Source of the DNA: Oceanispirochaeta sp.
Lineage (GTDB): Bacteria > Spirochaetota > Spirochaetia > DSM-2461
Direction of reading: 5' to 3'
Assembly: GCA_963666275.2 (NCBI GenBank)
Contig: CAXXOA010000001.1
Coordinates: 2,400,001 to 2,464,000, forward strand
DNA length: 64,000 bases
In this document: in pieces, positions 9,838-18,507 of the stretch
Position numbering within the stretch: position 1 is the first letter of the stretch
Layout of the letters: each line of letters starts with the position of its first letter
Translations under genes and position numbers: made by a program
The notes under the pieces: generated by a model
The model's database searches: none
Seen by the model: the letters and a program-made list of their open reading frames with translations, nothing else
Told to the model about the DNA's origin: nothing

Positions 9838-11004
9838 TCAGGCGGGAGATTTCCCGCTCATTTCGTAGATCTTAACAAGGATACCGGAAACGACAGCATA
9901 GTACTCTTCAGGAATTTCGTCACCGATTTCCACATTGGCATGAAGAGCTCTTGCCAGAGGCTTGTTTTCCAGTATGGGAACATCGTTTTCCCGGGCCACC
10001 TTTTTTATTCTCTGAGCCACTTCATCCATCCCTTTCGCCGTCACCCGGGGGGCGGTCATGGTTTCCTGCCTGTACTCCAGGGCGACCGCGTAATGGGTCG
10101 GGTTTGTCACGACCACATCAGCAGAAGGGACATTCTGCATCATCTGGTTTGTCAGGAGCTCCCGCATTTTCTGACGCAGTCTGTTTTTGATAAGGGGATC
10201 TCCCTCTGACTGTTTCATCTCCTCCTTGATCTCGTGACGGGTCATTTTCAGAGACTCTCTGTGCTGATACCTCTGAAAGAGGTAATCCGGCAGAGAGAGG
10301 ATCAGCAGTATAACCGCCGCTTCGATCATCAGGGTGAATGCCAGCTTACCGATCATGGATGCCGCATCTTCAACAGATGAGAACACCAGATTGGTGATTT
10401 CAGGCACTTTCCTCCGTATATTCCAGTAGGCCAGGAATGCGATGATGGCAATTTTCAACAGGGATTTCAGGGTATTGAACATCCCTTCCATCGAAAAAAC
10501 GGCCCGCTGCAGCCATTTAACAATATTGGGGGAGATCTTTTCAAAATTAGGCTGTATTGCCTTTGCTGAAAAGAGGAACCCCACCTGAAATAGATTGGCC
10601 AGAAGAGCTGAAAAGAATGCCACGCCCATAATCGGTAGAGTCAGTCTTGTAAAGTAGGAGACAAAGGCACGGGAAATCGTCCCGGCGGTGGTGACATCGG
10701 TTTCCATACTCTGCTGGATAAAATACCGGATCATATCTGCCATGGTCCTTACCATATAGGGGCTGAGAATGGCTATGAGAATAAGGGGAAACAGAAGAAC
10801 CAGGGAGGCTGTCAGATCTGATGATTTGGCAACCTTTCCCTCTTCTCTGGCTTTACGTATCTTCTGTTCCGTCGGATCTTCCGTACGGCCTTCATCTTCT
10901 GCGGCAAACCACTGAATATGAAGAGAGAAATCCCGTTCTGCATTTAAGGGGGGAATCTGAGGAAACAGAAACTCATCAACGGGCTGTCTATAGGTAGAGA
11001 TCAT
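9838..11004 (-). CDS. flhB: Flagellar export switch protein FlhB
   Basis: RTEDPT..KAREEGKV; NPTH autocleavage site; EGDPLIK. Confidence 0.97.
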   Translation of the reverse strand: MISTYRQPVDEFLFPQIPPLNAERDFSLHIQWFAAEDEGRTEDPTEQKIRKAREEGKVAKSSDLTASLVLLFPLILIAILSPYMVRTMADMIRYFIQQSMETDVTTAGTISRAFVSYFTRLTLPIMGVAFFSALLANLFQVGFLFSAKAIQPNFEKISPNIVKWLQRAVFSMEGMFNTLKSLLKIAIIAFLAYWNIRRKVPEITNLVFSSVEDAASMIGKLAFTLMIEAAVILLILSLPDYLFQRYQHRESLKMTRHEIKEEMKQSEGDPLIKNRLRQKMRELLTNQMMQNVPSADVVVTNPTHYAVALEYRQETMTAPRVTAKGMDEVAQRIKKVARENDVPILENKPLARALHANVEIGDEIPEEYYAVVSGILVKIYEMSGKSPA

Positions 11005-11801
11005 ACACCGCCCCCCTGCAGACTGTAGAGACGGAGAAGCTCCTCCACCTGGGAAAATCCGTTTTCTATAACAATAACCATCTTTTCAATGATAAATGGC
11101 GCTGACATCATGATCAGAAGGAATCCTACAGAGATCTGTATGGGAAATCCCACCATCATAAGATTCATCTGGGGTGCCGCTTTGGCCAGCAGACCCATGG
11201 TGACAGAGATCATAAGAAGAGTTCCCATCATGGGAACCGCAATAAGGATGGCCTGTTCGAATAGCTGGGCCAGAGAGGAGATCAGACTCTCTGAAAGGAA
11301 TCGGGGATTGGTTAACAGGTAGTCCCCTTTCATTGCCAGAAAGGATCTGTAGACTCCGGTGAGAAAGAGCTTCTGAATACTGCCGGAAGCAATAAACACA
11401 AAAATACCGATCAGGTTGAACAGCTGTCCTACAAGGGGAATTTCCACCTGTGCCAGGGGATCGAAAGCGGCGGAGGCTCCGAAACCCATCTGAACCGAGA
11501 ACATCTGTCCGGCCAGCTGAAAAATGGCAAAAATGATCTGAAGAAAGAGCCCCAGAAGCACACCGGTGAGAGCCTCCGCTATGAGCAGGAAGACAAAGGT
11601 CAGCCCGTCATCGGGGATCACATAACCCAGTGTGGAGACCATGGGGAACACCGCAACAGCGGTAAAGAGAGCCAGCCCACCCCGGGCCATAGCGGGAATC
11701 CCCGTGGAGTAGAGGATCGGCGCCACCATAAAGAAAGCGATAATCCTGGCGAATATGAGAAAATAGAGCTGTATGTTACTGATCATTTCATTAAACATCA
11801 T
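11001..11801 (-). CDS. fliR: Flagellar export protein FliR
   Basis: Hydrophobic; AGQMFSVQMGF, KAAPQMNLMMVGFP. Confidence 0.95.
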   Translation of the reverse strand: MMFNEMISNIQLYFLIFARIIAFFMVAPILYSTGIPAMARGGLALFTAVAVFPMVSTLGYVIPDDGLTFVFLLIAEALTGVLLGLFLQIIFAIFQLAGQMFSVQMGFGASAAFDPLAQVEIPLVGQLFNLIGIFVFIASGSIQKLFLTGVYRSFLAMKGDYLLTNPRFLSESLISSLAQLFEQAILIAVPMMGTLLMISVTMGLLAKAAPQMNLMMVGFPIQISVGFLLIMMSAPFIIEKMVIVIENGFSQVEELLRLYSLQGGGV

Positions 11802-11820
11802 ATTCGCCGCCTGCTGCCTT

Positions 11821-12090
11821 CTATGACGCCATGGAAGGGATCAGCTCAAACAGTGTGACCGTATAGTTCATGAGAAGGTTCACCATCCAGGCACCGATAA
11901 GCCCCAGTGTGATGAAAATGGCCAGAATTTTCGGGACAAACGTCAGAGACTGATCCTGAATCGACGTGGTAGCCTGAAAAATGGAAATGATCAGACCTAT
12001 GGTCATAGCCACCAGAAGGACCGGGGATGCCAGAACCAGAGTCTGCAGAACAGAATTCCTCATAAGTGTGATAACAAAACCTATAGACAC
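11821..12090 (-). CDS. fliQ: Flagellar export protein FliQ
   Basis: GLIISIFQATTSIQDQSLTFVPK; GTG start with AGGAGG SD. Confidence 0.96.
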   Translation of the reverse strand: MSIGFVITLMRNSVLQTLVLASPVLLVAMTIGLIISIFQATTSIQDQSLTFVPKILAIFITLGLIGAWMVNLLMNYTVTLFELIPSMAS

Positions 12091-12105
12091 GGGACCTCCT
12101 TAAAG

Positions 12106-12906
12106 TTAGAGAAAACTCAAAACAAGCTGCCTGGTAAGCAGACTCCAGCCGTCAACAAGCACAAAAAGCACAAGTTTGAAGGGCATGGAAATCATAACAG
12201 GGGGCAGCATGATCATACCCATGGACATCAGAACCGATGCCACGACCATATCGATTATAATAAAGGGAATATACAGTAGAATTCCGATTTTAAAGGCAAT
12301 GGTCAACTCATTCAGGACATAGGCGGGAATCACAATATACGTGGGAACATCCGCGAAGGTCTCCGGCCGGGGCAGGCCCCGCATGGTCATAAAAAGTTCA
12401 ATATTCTCGGGGCTGTTCTGCAGCTGCTGATACATGAAATACCGGATAGGCCCCTCAGCCCGTGTATACATCTCTTCCAGACCGATTTCTCCATCCGCAA
12501 AGGGACGGAATGATTCGGTATAAATCTGATCGAATACGGGCCACATGATAAAAAGGGTGAGAAACAGAGCAATCCCCATCAAAAGACTGGCAGGAGGAAC
12601 CTGCTGGAGAGAGAGGGCCCTCTTGATAAAGTCCAGGACAATGGAGATCCTCAGAAAAGATGTCATCAGGATCAGGAAAGAGGGCGCCAGAGACAGCAGA
12701 GTCAGCAGAAGGAGGAGCTGTATGGAAAGAGCGACTTCCTGATTGCTCTGGGGCTGCCTTACCATGAGATCCACAAAAGGGATATCCAGGATCCCGTCGG
12801 TTTCTCCGATCTCCTGCTCTCCCGCAGCTCCGGGATTCAACTGCTGCGCCGTCAGCGGCGCCAGAGAGGCTGCTGCCAGTATAAACAGAAGGAGGAACCT
12901 TTTCAT
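12106..12906 (-). CDS. fliP: Flagellar export protein FliP
   Basis: Signal peptide; MTSFLRISIVL, MGMIMLPPVMISMPFKLVLFVLVDGW. Confidence 0.97.
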   Translation of the reverse strand: MKRFLLLFILAAASLAPLTAQQLNPGAAGEQEIGETDGILDIPFVDLMVRQPQSNQEVALSIQLLLLLTLLSLAPSFLILMTSFLRISIVLDFIKRALSLQQVPPASLLMGIALFLTLFIMWPVFDQIYTESFRPFADGEIGLEEMYTRAEGPIRYFMYQQLQNSPENIELFMTMRGLPRPETFADVPTYIVIPAYVLNELTIAFKIGILLYIPFIIIDMVVASVLMSMGMIMLPPVMISMPFKLVLFVLVDGWSLLTRQLVLSFL

Positions 12907-13541
12907 TCCTCACCTCTCAGGTTCTTGAGCCGGTTTCTCTGGGATCGCAGAAAGTCCGGAGAGCTGTCTTTTATGGTAGTGGAACCGGCGGCGGTGAAAC
13001 TTTTTCTGATCATATTTCTGAAAGAACCCGCAGGGGTCTCGGCCGAAGCGGAGGTATCCAGATGTATCCTGTCTATGGTTTCCTGATCGGTAATCTCCGA
13101 GATGAGGTTCACGTTACCCGCACCGGATCCGATGAGAAAGACCTGGTTGCCCACCTCGATGATATGAAGGGAACTGTCCTTTTTCAGATGTCTTGTAGCC
13201 AGAAGTGAGATCTGCTCCTCACGGCTTTCCGCCATAGGGGAAAACCGTCTGAGAAAATACACTAGCAGGTAGATGACTCCGATGACTCCCGCCAGCACAA
13301 CCAGAACTCTCAGGAGATCGGCCGCTCCTACAGACGAGGGCGCCACGGGTTCCTGAACAGCCGGCTGCTCCCGGGCAGGATCCTGAGAGGTTTCCGCCTC
13401 TCCCGGAAAGAGAAGGAGTGTAGACTCATCGACAGCCGTATAGGCATCTGTATCCGGTGACTCTGACTCAGCCGAATTTTCCTGTGAAAAGGTGAATACA
13501 CTCAGGCATATAAAAAAGAGAAGAAATAATTGTGTTTTCAG
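12903..13541 (-). CDS. fliO: FliO/FliZ flagellar biosynthesis protein, probable CTG start
   Basis: TM helix plus SSLHIIEVGNQVFLIG FliO motif. The frame extends upstream of GTG 13346 to CTG 13541, which follows a GGAGG SD and begins a signal-peptide-like sequence; an in-frame TAA lies shortly upstream. Confidence 0.85.
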   Translation of the reverse strand: MKTQLFLLFFICLSVFTFSQENSAESESPDTDAYTAVDESTLLLFPGEAETSQDPAREQPAVQEPVAPSSVGAADLLRVLVVLAGVIGVIYLLVYFLRRFSPMAESREEQISLLATRHLKKDSSLHIIEVGNQVFLIGSGAGNVNLISEITDQETIDRIHLDTSASAETPAGSFRNMIRKSFTAAGSTTIKDSSPDFLRSQRNRLKNLRGEE

Positions 13542-13585
13542 TGTCCCCCTCCCAAAAGTTCCACTAGTTTAACAGTCGGTTTGCG

Positions 13586-14821
13586 TTAATGTTCTCCCAC
13601 CCGGTCAAGATTGGAAACAATGTCGGTTACACGCACACCAAAGTTTTCATCTATGACGACAACCTCTCCTTTTGCGATAAGGTTGTTGTTTACAAGAATA
13701 TCCACCGGTTCTCCGGCGAGTTTATCCAGCTCGATAATCGTTCCTTCCCCGATACCGAGGATATCTTTGATCTGCCACTTTGTACGGCCCAGTTCTACCG
13801 TAAGCTCCATGGAAACATCCATAAGAAGACCGATATTTCTCTGTTCGGACGGAGAAATATTGGCACCGAACTCGGGGAACTGGACACCCTGGACATTGGG
13901 AGCCTGCTGAGGGGACATATAGGGATTCATCTGCTGCATACCCATACCGCCCATCTGCTGCTGGGGCATTCCCATGCCCATACCGCCCATCTGCTGCTGG
14001 TTGGGCATTCCCATACCCATGCCGCCCATCTGCTGCTGGTTGGGCATTCCCATGCCCATGCCGCCCATCTGCTGCTGGTTGGGCATTCCCATGCCCATGC
14101 CGCCCATCTGCTGCTGATTGGGCATTCCCATCCCCATATCGGGCATTCCCATAGGGTCGGCAGAACCGGAAGGACTCAGTTTTGAGGCCAGATCCGCAGC
14201 GACCGGCAGTTCCATAATTTCCATCATATCAAGATCACCCTGCCCTTCAATAGACACGGGATACTTCAGCAGGACCAGGGAGTCTCCTCCCAGAGAAAGC
14301 AGACCTTTTGCCACTTTCTGGCTCTCCGGAGAGATAGTCATGATATTATCGCCCACGGTATCGCCGATGGTGGTGACTTCCGATCCTGTCAGCTGGGAAA
14401 CAGCTTCTCCCACGGCACTGATCGCCGTACCGTCCAGTTCGACATCGCCCTGCCCGATCATGGGACTGGCAATTTTTACAGCATTATCCGGGGAAAAGAC
14501 ATAAACATGCCCCCCGTTGAGGCCCTGATTGAAATCCATCTTGACTTCAACGATTTCATCACTCAGTTCTCTGAGAAGTTCATCTCTGGAGAGAGAGGAT
14601 ATAGCGGGAGTTCCGATAGTAACACCAGTGGCCATTATGCCTGACATGGTGGAACTCAGAGTTCCCGCCACTTTGGCAAAAAGGCCGTTCAGAGCCTGGA
14701 TCTGATCACTGGAAAGACCGCTTCCGCCCCCCATGGAATCACCGCTATCGGATCCGCCGAGAGAGTCGTTGCCCATCAGCAAAGCATCTATTTCATCCTG
14801 AGACAGGGAACCATCACTCAT
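13586..14821 (-). CDS. fliY: C-ring switch protein FliY/FliN (CheC-like domain plus SpoA domain)
   Basis: LSQDEIDALL CheY-binding peptide; C-terminal LLMDVSMELTVELGRT..GEVVVIDENFGVRVT. Confidence 0.93.
   Translation of the reverse strand: MSDGSLSQDEIDALLMGNDSLGGSDSGDSMGGGSGLSSDQIQALNGLFAKVAGTLSSTMSGIMATGVTIGTPAISSLSRDELLRELSDEIVEVKMDFNQGLNGGHVYVFSPDNAVKIASPMIGQGDVELDGTAISAVGEAVSQLTGSEVTTIGDTVGDNIMTISPESQKVAKGLLSLGGDSLVLLKYPVSIEGQGDLDMMEIMELPVAADLASKLSPSGSADPMGMPDMGMGMPNQQQMGGMGMGMPNQQQMGGMGMGMPNQQQMGGMGMGMPNQQQMGGMGMGMPQQQMGGMGMQQMNPYMSPQQAPNVQGVQFPEFGANISPSEQRNIGLLMDVSMELTVELGRTKWQIKDILGIGEGTIIELDKLAGEPVDILVNNNLIAKGEVVVIDENFGVRVTDIVSNLDRVGEH
13928..14137 (-). repeat. In-frame 39-bp tandem repeat encoding (MGMGMPNQQQMGG)n in the FliY linker
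   Basis: Four near-identical 39-bp units, one 36-bp unit and a partial unit (+ strand ccgcccatctgctgctggttgggcattcccatgcccat...). Confidence 0.95.
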
Positions 14822-15846
14822 TCTTCATCTCCTTCAACGGCCAGTTCTTCAAAGTCCGTCTGATCAATATCTTCAATTTTACGGGTAACCTGCACAGCGA
14901 TTTTCTTGCCTACCGCTCCGGGGCGGCAGTCGAATTTCGCCCGGTTTCCGATTTTCAGGACCATCGGGTCGTTAATACTTGTATTGGAGAGTCTAATAAC
15001 ATCTCCTGTTTTAATCGAAAGAACATCCTTCATGGACATCTGGATCCCCCCCACTTCGGCCATCATGGACACGAATATGGAAGACAGACGATCCCGCAGA
15101 ATATTCAGGTTTTCAGTGGTTGTCCCCCTTCTGATGGAGGAGTAGTAGTACTGAGCCGACAGTTTTGAAATGATAGGCTCTATGGTCAGGTAGGGAATAC
15201 AGAAGTTCATCATTCCTTCCACATCCTCAACCTTGGTTTCGAGTGTAACCAGAACGACCATCTCAGTGGGAGGAACGATCTGGGCAAACTGGGGATTGGT
15301 CTCGATCTGCCCCAGCCGGGGCCGCAGATCTATTACCTGACTCCAGGCTTCTCTCATATTTCCCAGGATACGGACAATAATGGATTCCATTACAGTCCTT
15401 TCTATCTCAGAAAGCTCCCGATTGATTTTGGACCCCTCGCCTGTTCCGCCGAAAAGCCTGTCGATAATGGCAAAAGTTACAGCCGGATCTATTTCCAGAA
15501 CCGCCGATCCCTTGAGAGGATCCATGTTGATAACAGCAAGAGCCGTAGGAGACGGGATTGAACGGATAAACTCCTCGTAGGTGAGCTGATCTACCGATGC
15601 TACGTGAACATTCACCAGACTCCGCAACTGTGCGGAAAGGGAGGTGGTCGTTAAACGCGCAAAGGTTTCGTGCATAAACGAAACCGTACGGATCTGTTCT
15701 TTGGAAAATTTGTCAGGACGACGGAAATCCCAGATACGGATATTTTTCCGTTCCGCAACCTGTTGCGCTTCTTCCGGTTCAGCATCTCCTGCGGATATAG
15801 CTGTGAGGAGCTGGTCTATTTCATCCTGCGAAAGGACTTCCGTCAT
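14818..15846 (-). CDS. fliM: Flagellar motor switch protein FliM
   Basis: LSQDEIDQLL, DFRRPDKFSKEQIR, IDRLFGGTG, ETNPQF. Confidence 0.98.
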   Translation of the reverse strand: MTEVLSQDEIDQLLTAISAGDAEPEEAQQVAERKNIRIWDFRRPDKFSKEQIRTVSFMHETFARLTTTSLSAQLRSLVNVHVASVDQLTYEEFIRSIPSPTALAVINMDPLKGSAVLEIDPAVTFAIIDRLFGGTGEGSKINRELSEIERTVMESIIVRILGNMREAWSQVIDLRPRLGQIETNPQFAQIVPPTEMVVLVTLETKVEDVEGMMNFCIPYLTIEPIISKLSAQYYYSSIRRGTTTENLNILRDRLSSIFVSMMAEVGGIQMSMKDVLSIKTGDVIRLSNTSINDPMVLKIGNRAKFDCRPGAVGKKIAVQVTRKIEDIDQTDFEELAVEGDEE

Positions 15847-15867
15847 CTTCTAACCCCGTCAAAAAGT

Positions 15868-16431
15868 TTAAAATTCATAAACCTGCAGCTCAGGAAAAAT
15901 AATATCATACACCTTTCCCTGACTTAAAACCCTGTTAATCAGATCTTTCAGTTCGGTTTTTACAATATGTTCCCGTTCCGGAGCCAGTTCCGCCGCTGTT
16001 TTCTGGCTGAAATAATTCCGGATGATATCAGTCAGCTGAGCTGTTCTGGCCACCAGTTCCGTCTGGACCTGTGGTTCTCCCTCTTTATACCCGATCTCCA
16101 CTTTCACAATAATGGAGTGGGGAGACTGATCACGGGTGACACCCCGGATCTGGGGAATCATCGTAAAATAGATATAGGGCTCGGGGATAGTTTCATACTC
16201 TTTGGAAACTTCTGCGAAGCTCCTGTTTATACTACCCTTGTCCAGGACACGGAATGTTATGACACTGATGGTAATCGTCAGCAGTACGGCTATGATTCCA
16301 GAAGCGACATAAACCAGTACCCTCGCAATCTTGTCTGACAGGAATTTCTTCTTCTTCCTGTCGCCCAGATCTTCAGGAGTGGCTCCTTCCAGTGCATTCC
16401 CTAATTCAATATCATTGTCTTCATCAGCCAT
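15868..16431 (-). CDS. fliL: Flagellar basal-body protein FliL
   Basis: Single TM helix; LTDIIRNYFSQKTAAEL..LKDLINRVL; lies between motB and fliM. Confidence 0.9.
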   Translation of the reverse strand: MADEDNDIELGNALEGATPEDLGDRKKKKFLSDKIARVLVYVASGIIAVLLTITISVITFRVLDKGSINRSFAEVSKEYETIPEPYIYFTMIPQIRGVTRDQSPHSIIVKVEIGYKEGEPQVQTELVARTAQLTDIIRNYFSQKTAAELAPEREHIVKTELKDLINRVLSQGKVYDIIFPELQVYEF

Positions 16432-16461
16432 AATTTCACCTGCGTCCTGTTTAACGGATAA

Positions 16462-16490
16462 ATTTTATCAGAAAACCGTCAAATATGCAA
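16462..16490 (-). promoter_or_regulatory. Putative internal sigma70 promoter upstream of fliL
   Basis: - strand TTGCAT-N17-TAAAAT with extended -10 TG. Confidence 0.55.
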
Positions 16491-16514
16491 ACACTTCCCA
16501 TTATATGAAAATCC

Positions 16515-17249
16515 TTATTCATGGCCTTCCGCCAGAACAATAATATCCACCCGTCTGTTATAGGCACGCCCCTCGGGAGTATCGTTATCCACCAGGGGTG
16601 TTGTATCAGCCATACCGGCTATCTGAAACTGTTCCTCGTTTACACCCAGATCGACCAGGTAGTGCAGAACATTGGCTGATCTGGCCGTGGAAAGTTCCCA
16701 GTTGGACGGCCAGGGACCATCCGGATCGGTAGGACTGGCATCGGTATGCCCTTCAATCCTGAACTTTCGGTCAGAAAGCTCCGATGAAGAGAGAAGCCCC
16801 GAAATCTTCTGCAGAATCTGCCGGGTATTCTCAATATCAACATCTGCACTGGCCGGTCTGAAAAAGGCGTCCGAGGCCAGTGTGATCACAAGACCCCTTT
16901 CGTCTTCGGTCACCCTGACCTGCTTGCTTTTTATCTCCGGCTTGAACATGGACACCGCCGTCTGCCTGGCTTTATCCAGCCCCCTGGCCCTCTTGGTCGA
17001 AGGCATGGCCATGATATTGTTGCCCAATTCCGCCAGCTCTCCCACGTCCAGGGTATTACCTCCCTGCAGCGGGCCTAAACCATTAAAGGAAACCATGATG
17101 AGCTCCATTCTGGCGCCTTCAATGGTTTCCGGATTCATAAGTATAACAAAGAAACAGAGCAGCAGGGTAACCATGTCCCCGTAGGTGGTCATCCATTCGG
17201 CAGCTCCCTCTTCGCACTTCGGGCATTTTCCCTGTTCTTCATCTGCCAT
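16515..17249 (-). CDS. motB: Flagellar stator protein MotB
   Basis: WMTTYGDMVTLLLCFF (conserved Asp); OmpA-like IEGHTD, NWELSTARS, NRRVDI. Confidence 0.97.
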   Translation of the reverse strand: MADEEQGKCPKCEEGAAEWMTTYGDMVTLLLCFFVILMNPETIEGARMELIMVSFNGLGPLQGGNTLDVGELAELGNNIMAMPSTKRARGLDKARQTAVSMFKPEIKSKQVRVTEDERGLVITLASDAFFRPASADVDIENTRQILQKISGLLSSSELSDRKFRIEGHTDASPTDPDGPWPSNWELSTARSANVLHYLVDLGVNEEQFQIAGMADTTPLVDNDTPEGRAYNRRVDIIVLAEGHE

Positions 17250-17253
17250 CGAA

Positions 17254-18026
17254 TTACTCCCCGCCGCCTTTCTGAGGTCTCTCTGCAGGAGGCAGATAGG
17301 TATAGAGTTTATCCTCCAGGATCCGCGGGTTATCCCCGGACTGGATCGAAAGGATTCCCTGTATCATGATTTCCTTGACAAGGAGTTCTTCCTTGTTCCT
17401 GTCATCCAGTTTGATCTGAAGGGGCATCAGAACAAGGTTGGCTACAATGGAACCGTAAAGGGTGGTTACAAGCGCAACCGCCATGTTGGGACCGATCGAC
17501 GCTGTATCCTCCAGGTTGGCCATCATACCGATGAGCCCGAGAAGAGTACCGATCATTCCGAAGGCAGGGGCAATTTTCGCCCAGTTTCCGAAGAAATCAA
17601 TTCCCTCCTGATGCCGGGAGTCGATCATATTGACATTTCCATAGAGGATTTTTTTAATCACATCCGGATCAGTTCCGTCCACAACCAGTCTGAGGCCTCC
17701 CGGAGAAAATCATCCTCCACGTCATTCAGGGCATCATCCAGAGACAGAAGTCCCTCTTTACGCGCATTGTCGGCAAAGGTAACAAGCTGGGTAATCAGGG
17801 CTTCCTTGTTGTAGACCTGAATATTCATGGCAATATTCATATATTTGACAAACCCCAGTGCCTTCTGCAAGGGGCTTGCTACGATCATAGCCGCAAAAGA
17901 ACCGAATACAACAATGATGAGTGAGGCGATATCTATATACAGTCCTATAGAGTTTCCAGCGGCTATGATAGAACCGATTACAAGGAGAAACCCTCCGAAT
18001 AATCCACCTATTGTTGCAATATCCAT
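17254..18026 (-). pseudogene. motA: motA split by a single-base frameshift near 17697-17703 (ORFs 17658-18026 and 17254-17682)
   Basis: The N-half (ARKEGLLSLD..DDFLR) and C-half (GLRLVVDGTDPD..APAFGMIGTLLGLI..ALVTTLYG) are in different frames. Adding one base to CTC CGG GA GGC CTC AGA restores an intact MotA. Confidence 0.9.
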
Positions 18027-18112
18027 TAAAAACTACTCCTCAATCTTCCCGAACGGGATTGTCGGTAAACACATCCCGGGGGCTATTATTCTTTCCATGT
18101 TTTCATTCTTAA

Positions 18113-18294
18113 ACCGCTATCGGGATTTTCATTCTTCAAATCCCTGTCGCTATGACAAAACCGGGGCCCATTTGCTATCGCAAAACCCGATTTGTCATTC
18201 TTATACCGCTATCGGGATTTTCATTCTTCAAATCCCTGTCGCTATGACAAAACCGGGGCCCATTTGCTATCGCAAAACCCGATTTGTCATTCTT
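18113..18294. repeat. Tandem duplication of a 90-bp palindromic unit (period 92 bp) between flbD and motA
   Basis: accgctatcgggattttcattcttcaaatccctgtcgctatgacaaaaccggggcccatttgctatcgcaaaacccgatttgtcattctt is identical at 18113-18202 and 18205-18294. Confidence 0.95.
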
Positions 18295-18490
18295 CATTCT
18301 TGAAACCGCCGATTTCGCTCCGGTAGGCCACGATTCGATCGTAAACGTCCGGATAGCTCTCCTGGACAACCAGCCTCTTTCCAGAAAGCATCACGATCGT
18401 CGTACTGGCATCCGCTTCAATATACTCTATCTGATGGGGATTGAGGTAGATAACCTTCCCCATTTTCCCCATCATCGTTACTTTGATCAT
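18287..18490 (-). CDS. flbD: FlbD (SwrD-like) flagellar protein
   Basis: MIKVT..IYLNPHQIEYIE..TTIVMLSGKRLVVQES..IVAYR; lies between flgE and motA. Confidence 0.92.
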   Translation of the reverse strand: MIKVTMMGKMGKVIYLNPHQIEYIEADASTTIVMLSGKRLVVQESYPDVYDRIVAYRSEIGGFKNEE

Positions 18491-18507
18491 CCGGTTATAC
18501 TAACCTC

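Noticed and set aside
16515..17249. Na+ versus H+ specificity call for MotB
   Set aside because: The diagnostic Val/Leu position after the TM Asp is Ile here, so the sequence alone is ambiguous.
17690..17712. Canonical programmed -1 frameshift or phase-variable homopolymer in motA
   Set aside because: No X-XXY-YYZ slippery heptamer at the shift point; the longest runs are only T4 and G3.
18113..18294. CRISPR array, or small ORFs 18175-18369 and 17827-18303, in the flbD-motA repeat
   Set aside because: Sequences between the short motifs are identical rather than unique spacers and no cas genes are present; the ORFs are out-of-frame overlaps with flbD/motA without SD or motifs.
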